In this document: piece after piece, positions 41,385 to 51,061 of the stretch
How positions within the stretch are numbered: the first letter of the stretch is position 1
How the letters are laid out: every line of letters begins with the position of its first letter
Assembly (NCBI GenBank): GCA_017418945.1
Contig: JAFOMI010000047.1
Span: 1-62,245 of the forward strand
Source of the DNA: Bacilli bacterium
GTDB lineage: Bacteria > Bacillota_I > Bacilli_A > RF39 > UBA660
Reading direction: 5' to 3'
DNA length: 62,245 nt
The notes under the pieces: generated by a model
What the model was told of the DNA's origin: nothing
The model's input: the letters and a program-made list of their open reading frames with translations, nothing else
Databases searched by the model: none
Position numbers and translations under genes: made by a program

Positions 41385-42143
41385 ATGAAAAAGAATGAAT
41401 TAAAAAGGAAACTAGTATTATTATCACTTTTAGCAACTCTTGGAATTAACTCATATAATAATACTGTATACGCAAAAGATGAAGGTACTACGCAACATAT
41501 TTCTAGTATGAAAAATAATAGTATTTTATTAATGAATAAAGTAAAATATTATTCAAATGTATTTGGAATAAAAGAAGAATGCATAGTTGATTATATTAAA
41601 CGTATGTATTCTGAAGAAGGACATGAAGATTTCTTAGAAATGAATATAGAATTACAAACATTAACTGCAGCTAGAAATCTATATTATACATATGATGAAT
41701 CATATAAAACTAATACTGATTATGAAGTAACTCTAGAAATAGAAGAATTAGTAGAAAAATATTCTGAAATATATGGTATTAATAAAGAAGTTGCATTATC
41801 AATAGTTTATTGTGAATGTGGATCAGATGTAGATAGTTATAATTATTTAGTAAATAATAATCCTGCTGGTCTAGGTCCTTATATGTATTTTGAAAATAAA
41901 GAAATTGGTGTTATATATTTTATAGATTTATTAAAATATGATTATGGCTGCACAAAAGATAGTGGGACTGAATTCTTATCAAGTATAGCTTCAACATATT
42001 GTGAAAATCCAAGTCACTGGCTTGATTTAACTACACCATTTTATTATAACCTAGTTGAAGACTATTATTATAAAAAACCAGAACTAAGAGATAAGAAAAA
42101 AATTATACCACAAAGTCTTAAAATAGAAGAAAAATTGAAGTAA
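41385..42143 (+). CDS. secreted lysozyme-like fold protein (putative peptidoglycan hydrolase)
   Basis: Signal-like N-terminus, YS..YGINKEVALSIVYCECG (putative catalytic Glu), NNPAGL, YC...W. TTGACA-17-TATAAT at 41327-41355 and AAGGAG SD. Confidence 0.65.
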   Translation: MKKNELKRKLVLLSLLATLGINSYNNTVYAKDEGTTQHISSMKNNSILLMNKVKYYSNVFGIKEECIVDYIKRMYSEEGHEDFLEMNIELQTLTAARNLYYTYDESYKTNTDYEVTLEIEELVEKYSEIYGINKEVALSIVYCECGSDVDSYNYLVNNNPAGLGPYMYFENKEIGVIYFIDLLKYDYGCTKDSGTEFLSSIASTYCENPSHWLDLTTPFYYNLVEDYYYKKPELRDKKKIIPQSLKIEEKLK

Positions 42144-42166
42144 CAAAACGTTACTTCAATTTTTTT
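42131..42166. terminator. bidirectional intrinsic terminator
   Basis: AAAATTGAAGTAAC-aaaac-GTTACTTCAATTTT between convergent genes. Confidence 0.8.
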
Positions 42167-42950
42167 ATTGAATAATATTTGAAATATCAAAAATAGAACC
42201 AGAACCAGTTACTTTTGGTAATTCACCATTCCACTTTTCTATCATTTTTTCTTTAACAATATTGTCTGTTAAACTTTGCATTTTTAAATCATTTGCTTTT
42301 TTCTCAGCTTCTGCTGCAACTATTTTCTTTTCAGCATCAACTTTAGCCTTTTCAAGTTCTTGTTTTGCAGTTAAAACTTTTTGTTCTGCAACTTGTTTTT
42401 CTTCTATTGCTTTTGAAAATTCTTCACTAAATCTAAAATTAGTAATATTAAAATCACTAACAGTTAATCCATATTTTTTTATCTTTTTATTTATTTCTTC
42501 CATACATTTATCACTAACTTCACTTCTATTAGTAATTAATTCTTCAGCAGTATATTTACTTGTTACTGCTTTAATACTTTCTTGAATTGCTGGTTCTAAA
42601 ACAATATCTTTATAACCCAAACCTACAGTTTTATATAATTTAAATGCTTTAGTACTTTCAACTTGGTAGTTAACCGCTAAATCCATTTCTACTTCTTGTA
42701 AATCTTTACTTGAACTTACTGTTTTAACTTCTATTTTTTGAACTCTAACATTCATTTTAACAATTTTTTCTATAACTGGAAGTTTATAATTAATACCTTC
42801 TTTTAATTCTTTATTAATTACTTTACCAAATCTTACTCTAATTCCTACTTCACCAGATCTAATAGTTCTAAAACATGAACCAAATACTATTACAACAATG
42901 CATAATATTGAAATCATAATTATATTGTTTCTCTTAAAAATTTTTTTCAT
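42165..42950 (-). CDS. SPFH/prohibitin (Band 7) family protein
   Basis: N-terminal TM, G.VGI..RFG, SKDLQ, AIEEKQVAEQ and IEKWNG.LP. Confidence 0.92.
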   Translation of the reverse strand: MKKIFKRNNIIMISILCIVVIVFGSCFRTIRSGEVGIRVRFGKVINKELKEGINYKLPVIEKIVKMNVRVQKIEVKTVSSSKDLQEVEMDLAVNYQVESTKAFKLYKTVGLGYKDIVLEPAIQESIKAVTSKYTAEELITNRSEVSDKCMEEINKKIKKYGLTVSDFNITNFRFSEEFSKAIEEKQVAEQKVLTAKQELEKAKVDAEKKIVAAEAEKKANDLKMQSLTDNIVKEKMIEKWNGELPKVTGSGSIFDISNIIQ

Positions 42951-42967
42951 AAAACCTCCTCTACTTA

Positions 42968-43078
42968 AGAAAACAAGACTTTTATTATAAAAATAAAAGT
43001 CTTGTTCTTTAATTGATAATCCAGGATAAAACCGATTGTTGAATTACCACCATTAATAATGGAACTACTCCCTCTTAA
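42968..43078 (-). promoter_or_regulatory. yybP-ykoY (Mn2+-sensing) riboswitch with terminator
   Basis: UAAGAG-GGAGUA-GUUC ... UCAACA ... CUGG ... GAAC-AAGA-CUUUUA. The overlapping terminator is ACAAGACUUUUAUU/AAUAAAAGUCUUGU-UUU. Promoter TTGACA-17-TAATAT lies upstream. Confidence 0.8.
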
Positions 43079-43140
43079 GTGATTTAATATTACCATATTT
43101 TACTATTTTTGTCAATATACAGTAAAGTTAAGTAAATAAG

Positions 43141-43170
43141 AAAAAAGAACTTGCTAAAGCAAATTCTTTT
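43141..43170 (-). terminator. terminator downstream of tRNA-Arg
   Basis: AAAAGAAttTGC-ttta-GCAAgTTCTTTT hairpin with T-tract. Confidence 0.65.
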
Positions 43171-43180
43171 ATATTTTAAA

Positions 43181-43257
<77 letters not shown>

Positions 43258-43319
43258 AACATGTCATTTCAAATGACATATAAATAATATCACAAAAAAT
43301 TTAATTTATCAAGTAATTT

Positions 43320-44213
43320 TTAAAATTCTTTATTATTTACATAAAAATGTACGTTACTAACTTCAATACTATCTTCTAAAGAATAAGAAATACTATAAAT
43401 TACCTCTTCTAAAATTTTATTATCATCTTTTGAATTTAATATACAATTATTAAAATATAGATTAATTTCTCCATCTTCTAATGTATAACTCATAAGTTTA
43501 GTATCATAATTCAAATAACTAATTAAATTAGTTTCATAAGAACTTTTACTTGATAATTCATCTATAATAATATTTACTTTATCATCTTTTGAATTAATAT
43601 ATTTAGTTACTGGAATATAATATGGTGTCCCATTACTATTAGAATTATAATATAAAGTTATTTTAGTAACATCTTTTAAAGAATCTATATCTAATATTTT
43701 ATTAATTCCAATATCTCTTGTATATTCCTTATCAAAGAACTCGTTATATTCATTTTCTACTAATATATTAACATATTTAATATTTGAAATACTAGTAAGA
43801 GTATAAGTAATACATTCAATCATCCTTTCTTTATTAACAGTTTCTTTTAATATTTGATTTGAAAATGAAACTTCTATATGATTATTATTAATTTTTATAC
43901 TATTTATAGTAGTTTTTTCTGGAATTATAGCTTTAAAAGATTCAGGTATCTTATTTTTATTTACTCCATTAATAATTAAAGAATCTAATAAGTCTTTAGC
44001 CAGCTTTTCTTTTTCAATTGATTTAACTGATATTTTTGTTTTAGCAACATAACCATTTTTATCTAATAAAAATATATCATGATAATTTGTAGTAATTGTT
44101 TCTATAGTATTTAATTTATATGTTTTTTTTGATGGAAATAAATAAAGTAAGAATAAAACAAATAATAACATTGTCATTTTTAAAATTCTATTCATAGAAG
44201 ATTTTTTTATCAT
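43320..44213 (-). CDS. gerM: GerM-like protein (two GerMN domains)
   Basis: IFLLDKNGYV, I.YTLT, YYIPVTKY motifs. Adjacent to gerE. Putative sigmaE promoter TCATTTT..CATATATT at 44232-44260. Confidence 0.82.
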   Translation of the reverse strand: MIKKSSMNRILKMTMLLFVLFLLYLFPSKKTYKLNTIETITTNYHDIFLLDKNGYVAKTKISVKSIEKEKLAKDLLDSLIINGVNKNKIPESFKAIIPEKTTINSIKINNNHIEVSFSNQILKETVNKERMIECITYTLTSISNIKYVNILVENEYNEFFDKEYTRDIGINKILDIDSLKDVTKITLYYNSNSNGTPYYIPVTKYINSKDDKVNIIIDELSSKSSYETNLISYLNYDTKLMSYTLEDGEINLYFNNCILNSKDDNKILEEVIYSISYSLEDSIEVSNVHFYVNNKEF

Positions 44214-44265
44214 AAGTTTATCACCTAGTAAAATATATGAAATCATAAATAAAAAAATGAGAAAT

Positions 44266-44472
44266 CTAAATAGATATCTCATTTAATTTAAGTAATTCAA
44301 CAACAGCACTACTTCTACCTTTTACTCCAAGTTTTTGCATAACATTTGATATATGATTTCTAACTGTTTTTTCACTAATTTTTAATTCTTCTGCAATTTC
44401 TTTAGTGGAATTATTTAGTATTAATAGTTCAAATACTTCTCTTTCTCTTTTTGTTAAAATTCCTTTTCCCAT
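44266..44472 (-). CDS. gerE: spore transcription factor GerE (LuxR HTH)
   Basis: LTKREREVFELL...TKEIA.EL.ISEKTVRNHISN.MQKLGVKGRS.AVVELL, nearly the B. subtilis GerE sequence. Confidence 0.93.
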   Translation of the reverse strand: MGKGILTKREREVFELLILNNSTKEIAEELKISEKTVRNHISNVMQKLGVKGRSSAVVELLKLNEISI

Positions 44473-44516
44473 ATTTTCCTCTCTTTCTTGTAGGAGGTAT
44501 ATTAATTACTCATAGT

Positions 44517-44542
44517 ATTATATGAAAAAAAAGAAAAAAAGT
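44517..44542 (-). promoter_or_regulatory. putative sigmaK promoter of gerE
   Basis: AC-16 nt-CATATAAT on the minus strand. Confidence 0.5.
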
Positions 44543-45033
44543 TATTCTTTTTCTTTTTCAAATTTAACAGTTATATACATCTTTTTATCAAAACATTTTT
44601 GAGTAAATTCCATTATTTCACTTGCAAGTTTAACACTATGATCATTCTTAATAAGAATTACTCTAACTTGATCATCTGTTATTTTAATAAAATTATCTAA
44701 TTTATATTTGTTTTTTATTTTTAAAGAAATTTCTTCTTCCTGCCCTTTTAATACGTTTAATAATTTTAATTCTTCATATGCATTATTCTTTTCTTCTTTT
44801 GTAGATTCTTCTTTAATTATAATCTCTTGTAATTCTTTTTCTTTTTTATTTTTTTCTTCTTCGTTTTCTGTTTTAAGTGTTGCGATTATACTATTATCAG
44901 TTACCTCACTAACATCTACTTTAGCCTTCTCTTTTGAAACTTCTATTTCAGATGGTAAAGTAATATAATAAACACTTAAAACTAAAATTAAACTAAATAA
45001 ACTTAATGCCCATATACTTTGTTTCTTTATCAT
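44542..45033 (-). CDS. spoIIIAH: SpoIIIAH-like protein
   Basis: MIKKQ..W.L.LFSLILVLSVYYI N-terminus, coiled coil ..EEKN.AYE.., short ring-building domain. Downstream of efp. Confidence 0.85.
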   Translation of the reverse strand: MIKKQSIWALSLFSLILVLSVYYITLPSEIEVSKEKAKVDVSEVTDNSIIATLKTENEEEKNKKEKELQEIIIKEESTKEEKNNAYEELKLLNVLKGQEEEISLKIKNKYKLDNFIKITDDQVRVILIKNDHSVKLASEIMEFTQKCFDKKMYITVKFEKEKE

Positions 45034-45100
45034 AATTTCCTCCACATCTAATTAATACTATTTATTTTTTCAAAAATTATGACAAAAAAAAGAAAGTAAA

Positions 45101-45661
45101 TTACTTTCTTGAAACATATTTTCCGTCTTGTGTTGAAACAATAATTTCATCACCATTGTTTATAAATAATGGAACCTTAACAACCAATCCGTTTTCTAAT
45201 TCAGCATCTTTTTGTGCATTATTAGTAGTATTACCTTTAACAGCATCTACTGTTGATGTTACTACATAAGAAATCTTATCAGGTAAATTCATACCGATTA
45301 ATTCATCATTAAAATATACTAATTCTACTTCTAAGTTTTCTTTTAAGAATTTACTTTCATCTTTAATTTGTGATGCACTTAATTCAACTTGTTCATAAGT
45401 ATTCATATCCATAAATACATATTCATCACCTGTTGAATATAAATAAGACATAACGCTCTTAGTAATATTTGCTTTTTCAACTTTAATATTAGTATTAACT
45501 GTTTTTTCTAATGTTGTTCCAGCTCTTAAGTTTTTTAATTTCATTTTCATGAATGCTGAACCTTTACCTGGTTTAACATGTAAAAATTCAACGATTTGAT
45601 ATAATTGACCATCTAAAATAATAGTCATACCATTTTTAATATCATTAATATCTATCATCAT
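45101..45661 (-). CDS. efp: translation elongation factor P
   Basis: HVKPGKGSAF, FMD..TYEQ and VPLFI..GD motifs. Confidence 0.97.
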   Translation of the reverse strand: MMIDINDIKNGMTIILDGQLYQIVEFLHVKPGKGSAFMKMKLKNLRAGTTLEKTVNTNIKVEKANITKSVMSYLYSTGDEYVFMDMNTYEQVELSASQIKDESKFLKENLEVELVYFNDELIGMNLPDKISYVVTSTVDAVKGNTTNNAQKDAELENGLVVKVPLFINNGDEIIVSTQDGKYVSRK

Positions 45662-45664
45662 AAT

Positions 45665-46567
45665 TTATACCTCCATATTATCAATTGCAGTTTTAATAAC
45701 CGATTTTGAGTGTTCAAATTTTTCTTTTTCTTCATCTTGAAGTGTTACTTTCATTGTTCCTATATTTCCATCTTTATTAATAACTGATGGAAGACCTATA
45801 TATATTCCATCAACTGGTGATGATACATTTAAAACTATATTTTCATCATTTAGTATAGCTTTAGTTATTTTAATAAGACAATTAGCAACTCCATAACTAG
45901 TTTCTTTTTTATAATCTATAATTTTATAAGCTAAATGCTTAACTTCATATTCAATAGCATCTAAATCTTCTTTTGCTACTGTTTCTTTTATAGGAACCAT
46001 TCCAATAGTGCTTTTAGACCATACAGCAAACGAACTATCACCATGTTCTCCAAGTACATAAGCATGAATATTTTCTGTATTAATATGAATTTTTTGACTT
46101 AATAGATACTTTAGTCTTTCTGTATCTAATAATGTACCAGTACCAATTACTTTACCACTTGGTAAACCCGAATACTTTTGAACTACATATGTCATAATAT
46201 CAACAGGATTAGATGCAACTAAGAATATCCCATTAAATCCACTTTTCATAACTTCTTTAACTATAGATTTAATAATCTCATTATTTCTTTTTATAAGATC
46301 AAGTCTAGTTTCACCTTTTTCTTGATTATTTCCTGCACAAATTACAACTATATCAGCACTAAAGCAATCACTATAAGCTCCTGCTTTTATTTTTATGTTT
46401 GAATTAAATACTGCTGCAGCATGAGATAAATCCATTGCTTCTCCTAATACCTTTTCTCTATTAATGTCAATAAGTACTAGTTCATTAATTAATCCTTTAG
46501 TATTAACTAAATTATTAATATAAGCCATTCCTACATTTCCACAACCAACCACAACAACTTTTCTCAT
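45665..46567 (-). CDS. ldh: L-lactate dehydrogenase
   Basis: GCGNVG, AG.NQ..GETRLDL (Gln specificity residue), ASNPVD and GEHGDS. Confidence 0.9.
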   Translation of the reverse strand: MRKVVVVGCGNVGMAYINNLVNTKGLINELVLIDINREKVLGEAMDLSHAAAVFNSNIKIKAGAYSDCFSADIVVICAGNNQEKGETRLDLIKRNNEIIKSIVKEVMKSGFNGIFLVASNPVDIMTYVVQKYSGLPSGKVIGTGTLLDTERLKYLLSQKIHINTENIHAYVLGEHGDSSFAVWSKSTIGMVPIKETVAKEDLDAIEYEVKHLAYKIIDYKKETSYGVANCLIKITKAILNDENIVLNVSSPVDGIYIGLPSVINKDGNIGTMKVTLQDEEKEKFEHSKSVIKTAIDNMEV

Positions 46568-46602
46568 TTTATTCTCCTTCAAAAAAAATAAGTCGTTTAT
46601 GC

Positions 46603-46794
46603 TTATTTCTTTTCTTTATGTACTGTAGTTTTTTTACATACAGGACAATATTTATTTAATTCTAAACGATCTGGAGTATTTGTTTTGTTTTTTGAAACGA
46701 AATAATTTTCTCTAGATACATGATTTTTTTCTTTACATTCACTGCATTCTAAAGCAACATAGTTTCTAGCTTCTTTCTTTTTAGAACTTGCCAT
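46603..46794 (-). CDS. rpmG: 50S ribosomal protein L33 (Zn-binding, with insertion)
   Basis: LECSEC...NY...KN..N.PDRLEL.KYCPVC...T.HKE.K. Confidence 0.93.
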   Translation of the reverse strand: MASSKKKEARNYVALECSECKEKNHVSRENYFVSKNKTNTPDRLELNKYCPVCKKTTVHKEKK

Positions 46795-46838
46795 ATTAAT
46801 GCCTCCTTTTTTCTAAATACTCTATAGATTATATCATA

Positions 46839-48845
46839 TTATTTAAAAAATTCAAACACTTTATTTGATACTCTTTCACTTATTTTAAAATTTACTGGTG
46901 AAGAATAGTCACTTGTATCACTATATTTAACATTTGGAGATAAAATTGTTATAGTAAATTTAGGATTATCACTAGGTGCAAAACCCACAAATGCTCTTGA
47001 AATTGTTTCTTTATCAATATTTCCATCTCCATCAGTATCTTTAAAAGTTTCCGCAGTTCCTGTTTTACCAGATGAATCAGGTACATCACCCATATATCCA
47101 TATCCTGTAACATTCATAACTCTTTTAAAACCTTCTCTAATTCTATTTATATATTTATCTTCCAAATCTACCTTCTTTAATAAAACAGGCTTTATTTCCT
47201 CCCTTAAACTACCTATTTCATCATCAAGTGAAGAATTTCTAATTTCCTTTAAAAAATGTAGTCTATATCTATTACCATAAGACGCTATCGTACTTATGTA
47301 ACTTGAAATTTGAACCGGTGTATATGTATCATATTGTCCTATTGCAAAATCAAGAAGCAATCCTGAATCATATTTATTTCCTATTACTCCAATTGATTCA
47401 ATTGGTAAATCAATTCCTGTTTTAACACCCAAACCATACTCATTAAACATACTTCTATATTTATCAAAAGCACTCTTATCAACATATAATGGTCCATCAT
47501 AATAATAAGATGCACCCGCTACTTTCATTGCAGTTTTATATTGATATGCATTTGAAGATATTGCCAGTGCTTCAACATCATTTATAAGACCAATTCCGCT
47601 TATCCAAGAACACTTTTTTGGAGTATTTTGAATCTTTACACATTCATCATATATTTTAGTACCAATATCAATCGCTCCATATTTATAACCAACTGATATA
47701 CTAGCACCCTTTACAATAGAACCTGGTGTTACTGGATTAGTTAACAATGCTGGTGAATTATCATATATTTTATATTCACCATCTTTATTAACAATATATT
47801 TAGATGAAAAAGCAAGTATTTCTCCTGTAAATGGATCTGTTACAATAACTGAAGAACCATCATATAAAGATGTATTTAAGTCATTAACTTTAGCATTTAT
47901 AATTTCTTCTTCTAATATTCTTTCAACTTCCCTTTGCATATTAATATCAATAGATAAAACTATATCATTTCCTCTTTTACCATCTTTAATTAAACTATAA
48001 CTATTATCATCATTTAACTTATAAATTGCTTTTTCACCCTTTAACAAATCTTCATACTGATATTCTATAAAACTAATCCCTACTTTATCATTTAAAGAAT
48101 ATCCTTTACTAAGATAATAATCTTTTAATTCTTTTGGAATACCACTACTAGAACTTGAAACACTTCCTAATATTGATTTAAAAGTATCACCATATAAATA
48201 TTTTCTTTCCCATTCTAATTTAACATTAAAACCTTTAAGTTCTTTTATGTTAGATGCGACAAAAGCATATTCTTCCTCTGTCGCATAAGTTTTTATAATA
48301 TTTTCATTATAATAATATCCCTTATTCATTAAATAATAAATATAAGCTTCTTTCTTATCTATACTAGATAATTCTTCTTCACTAATCCTACTCATTTTTA
48401 AATTATATATATCTTCACTACTTAACTTTCTTTTTTCATATTTATCATTTTCTTCTTTTGTAATTTTACTATCTACAATATCCTTATTTAAAACATAATA
48501 ATATTCTTTTAAATTAATATCGCTAACAGAATCATAATTAATATCAATCTTATCTTTAATCTTCTTTATAAGTTTTACTTGATCTAATGAAGTAGTACCT
48601 TTTTTTCTTTTATAATATATAGTCTTAACCCCTACATTATCTACAAGTAAATTATGATTCCTATCATATATTCTTCCTCTTGGTGTTGAATTACTTTTAA
48701 TAGTAGTTATTTTTAAATCATTCAATTTATCTAAGTAATAATCATGATTTATTACTTGAATATCAGTTAATTTATAAATAAGTAAAATAAAAGATAATAT
48801 TAAAATAAATAAAACAAAATAAACTCTTTTATTAATTCTATTCAT
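46839..48845 (-). CDS. class B penicillin-binding protein (PbpA/PBP2-like)
   Basis: N-terminal TM, PRGRIYDRN, GSIVK (SxxK), SSN and KTG. Confidence 0.92.
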   Translation of the reverse strand: MNRINKRVYFVLFILILSFILLIYKLTDIQVINHDYYLDKLNDLKITTIKSNSTPRGRIYDRNHNLLVDNVGVKTIYYKRKKGTTSLDQVKLIKKIKDKIDINYDSVSDINLKEYYYVLNKDIVDSKITKEENDKYEKRKLSSEDIYNLKMSRISEEELSSIDKKEAYIYYLMNKGYYYNENIIKTYATEEEYAFVASNIKELKGFNVKLEWERKYLYGDTFKSILGSVSSSSSGIPKELKDYYLSKGYSLNDKVGISFIEYQYEDLLKGEKAIYKLNDDNSYSLIKDGKRGNDIVLSIDINMQREVERILEEEIINAKVNDLNTSLYDGSSVIVTDPFTGEILAFSSKYIVNKDGEYKIYDNSPALLTNPVTPGSIVKGASISVGYKYGAIDIGTKIYDECVKIQNTPKKCSWISGIGLINDVEALAISSNAYQYKTAMKVAGASYYYDGPLYVDKSAFDKYRSMFNEYGLGVKTGIDLPIESIGVIGNKYDSGLLLDFAIGQYDTYTPVQISSYISTIASYGNRYRLHFLKEIRNSSLDDEIGSLREEIKPVLLKKVDLEDKYINRIREGFKRVMNVTGYGYMGDVPDSSGKTGTAETFKDTDGDGNIDKETISRAFVGFAPSDNPKFTITILSPNVKYSDTSDYSSPVNFKISERVSNKVFEFFK

Positions 48846-48911
48846 CGTATCACCTAATAATATTTTGGTAATAAATAAATATATTAATACATAATATTTA
48901 ATGGTGATTAT

Positions 48912-49166
48912 ATGAAAATGGAAATAATTAAAAATTATATAAAAAAATTAAATAAAGAAGATATTAAATATTTTTTAGAAGATAATGATATTTATATAGA
49001 TGATGAAAAAATAGATAGTTTATTTTTAATAGTTAAAAATAATTATGAAGACATAATTAATGAAGAAAAAAATGTATTAGATAAAATTAAAAGTATTTTA
49101 GGAGATAATCATTTTAACAAGCTCTTATCATTATTAAGAAAATATAAAAATATTTATTTAAAATAA
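48912..49166 (+). CDS. small hypothetical protein
   Basis: 84 aa, GGTGA SD, convergent terminator at 49166-49190. Confidence 0.7.
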   Translation: MKMEIIKNYIKKLNKEDIKYFLEDNDIYIDDEKIDSLFLIVKNNYEDIINEEKNVLDKIKSILGDNHFNKLLSLLRKYKNIYLK

Positions 49167-49187
49167 AAAAACAGGAAAACCTGTTTT

Positions 49188-49849
49188 TTATTTTAAGCCA
49201 ACGTTTAAATGTCTTAATTTTTTCTTTTTTAAATTTAGTTTTGATCTTGAAATAGCAACTTCTACTTCTCTATTTACTTTTGCTATTTCTTCCTTAGTAG
49301 TTCTATTCTTTTCTAAATTATCATTATATGAATAAAATTCATCCATATTTTCTAAAGCAGTTATTTTTAATCTAATATCTAAAATGGCATATCTAATCGC
49401 ATCAGTAGAAATTCTTTCACCATCTATAAAACTATAAATATCTTCATCTAATAGTTTTAATAAAGATTGTTTTTCTTTTTCTTCTTCTTCAGTGTAATAT
49501 CCATTAAACATATTTAAAAGATTAATTAAATGAACTCTAAATTGTTTTTTACTTACAAATACCCAACCTTCATCTAATAATGGTCTTTTTTTAGTATTTA
49601 TTCTTTCAATAAATTCAATGTCATAATTATAATCAGAGAAATCTTTTACATATCTATCTCTTCTAGTTTCTACTCCATCATAAATTTTTTAACCAAATAA
49701 TTAGGCATAATACAATAAAATCTACTTCTATCATCAGGTGTTTCATTGTTTTCTTGTGCTTTTTTTACTTGATCATACTCAAATTTTAGTCCATTAATAT
49801 TTTCGTTTAAAGCATTAATTTTAGCTTTAAAATCAACTAAATTTGTCAT
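49188..49849 (-). pseudogene. orphan gene split by a single-base frameshift in an A6 run
   Basis: ATG 49849 with GGGAGG SD and TTGACA-17-TATAAT promoter. Adding one A at 49685-49690 joins it to the 49188..49511 ORF, giving a stop-free 220 aa product. Confidence 0.75.
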
Positions 49850-50038
49850 AAAATCCTCCCTTTTTTTACGCAAAGTGGATGTATTATAACATGCATAAAA
49901 ATATATGTCAAATATAATCAACAAAAAGTTAGTTATTGTTTAATATATTTTTCTATAGAATATCAATTCTATACCTTTCATAACTATTAAAAAGACGCGC
50001 AAAAAAAATAATAGGCTATTGCCTATTATAATCATATT

Positions 50039-50123
50039 TGGTGCAGGTGAAGGGACTTGAACCCCCACTCCGTAAAGAACTAGATCCTAAGTCTAGCGCG
50101 TCTGCCAATTTCGCCACACCTGC
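50039..50123 (-). tRNA. tRNA-Leu(UAG)
   Basis: GCAGGTGTGGCGAAATTGGCAGACGCG-CTAGA-CT-TAG-GA-TCTAG, long variable arm, CCA, 85 nt. Confidence 0.96.
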
Positions 50124-50137
50124 ATATATAAAAAAAG

Positions 50138-50214
50138 TGGTGGACCCTGTAGGACTCGAACCTACGACCGCCCGGTTATGAGCCGGATGCTCTAACCAAC
50201 TGAGCTAAGGGTCC
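50138..50214 (-). tRNA. tRNA-Ile2(CAU; lysidine-modified)
   Basis: GGACCCTTAGCTCAGTTGGTTAGAGC..CT-CAT-AA..GTAGGTTCGAGTCCTAC. The body resembles Bacillus tRNA-Ile2 rather than tRNA-Met or tRNA-fMet. Confidence 0.85.
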
Positions 50215-50297
50215 ACGTTTGTAATGATACCATATATATAAAAATATTTCAATATCATTTATAAAAAAAATAAAAAAACTTATAGAAATCTATAAGT

Positions 50298-50843
50298 TTA
50301 TTTTAAAGCTTCAATTAATTCAGCTTTTTTCATTGAAGTATATCCTTCAATCTTTTTGCTTTTAGCTAATTCTTTTAATTCAGCTACTGTTTTTGAAGAT
50401 AAATCTTCTTTCTTAGTTGCAGTTTCTTTTTTAGGTGCTTCTTTTTTTTCTGCTGTTTTTGTAGCTTTAGCTTCAGCTGGCATTTTTCCTTCTAAAGCAT
50501 CTTTAGCTAATTTAACTAAGTTTGCAAAAGCAGTTTTATCTTCAATAGCCATTTCACTAAGCATTTTTCTATTAATGATAACTCCAGCTTTATTTAATCC
50601 ATCAATGAACTTAGAATAACTAATATTGTTTACTCTACATTCAGCATTAATTCTTGTAATCCATAATTTTCTAAAATCTCTCTTCTTTTGTCTTCTGTCT
50701 CTAAAAGCATATTGACCAGAATGCATTAATTGTTCTTTTGCAGTTTTATATAATCTATGTTTACTTCCAAAATATCCTTTTGCTCTTTTTAATATTTTTT
50801 TATGTCTTTGTTTAGTAACACTACCTGTTTTAACTCTTGCCAT
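50298..50843 (-). CDS. rplT: 50S ribosomal protein L20 with C-terminal Rho_N-like extension
   Basis: [30 protein letters not shown], then an A/K/E/T linker and [15 protein letters not shown]...[14 protein letters not shown]. Confidence 0.96.
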   Translation of the reverse strand: MARVKTGSVTKQRHKKILKRAKGYFGSKHRLYKTAKEQLMHSGQYAFRDRRQKKRDFRKLWITRINAECRVNNISYSKFIDGLNKAGVIINRKMLSEMAIEDKTAFANLVKLAKDALEGKMPAEAKATKTAEKKEAPKKETATKKEDLSSKTVAELKELAKSKKIEGYTSMKKAELIEALK

Positions 50844-50853
50844 AATTTACCTC

Positions 50854-51060
50854 CTATTTCATTCTATCAAGTAATTTCTTTATTCTCTTGTTGTCTGCAC
50901 TTGATAATCCATGAGCCTTTCTTAATTTTCTCATTCTTTTTGTACTGTATCCTACAGTATTATGGTTAGCACCTGCTCTTTTATATTTAACAGATCCACT
51001 ATTTCTCTTATTAAACTTTTTAGCAGTAGCTTTATGTGTTTTTTGTTTAATTTTTCCCAT
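50854..51060 (-). CDS. rpmI: 50S ribosomal protein L35
   Basis: K.KTHKA..K.F motif, highly basic, between infC and rplT. Confidence 0.92.
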   Translation of the reverse strand: MGKIKQKTHKATAKKFNKRNSGSVKYKRAGANHNTVGYSTKRMRKLRKAHGLSSADNKRIKKLLDRMK

Positions 51061-51061
51061 C

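Noticed and set aside
49850-49924. Upstream extension of ORF 49670..49924 (MLIIFDIYF...)
   Set aside because: The extension runs through the promoter. The real start is ATG 49849 behind GGGAGG.
50138-50214. tRNA-Met assignment for the CAU tRNA
   Set aside because: No C1:A72 mismatch or GGG/CCC anticodon stem of the initiator, and the body matches the Ile2 type.
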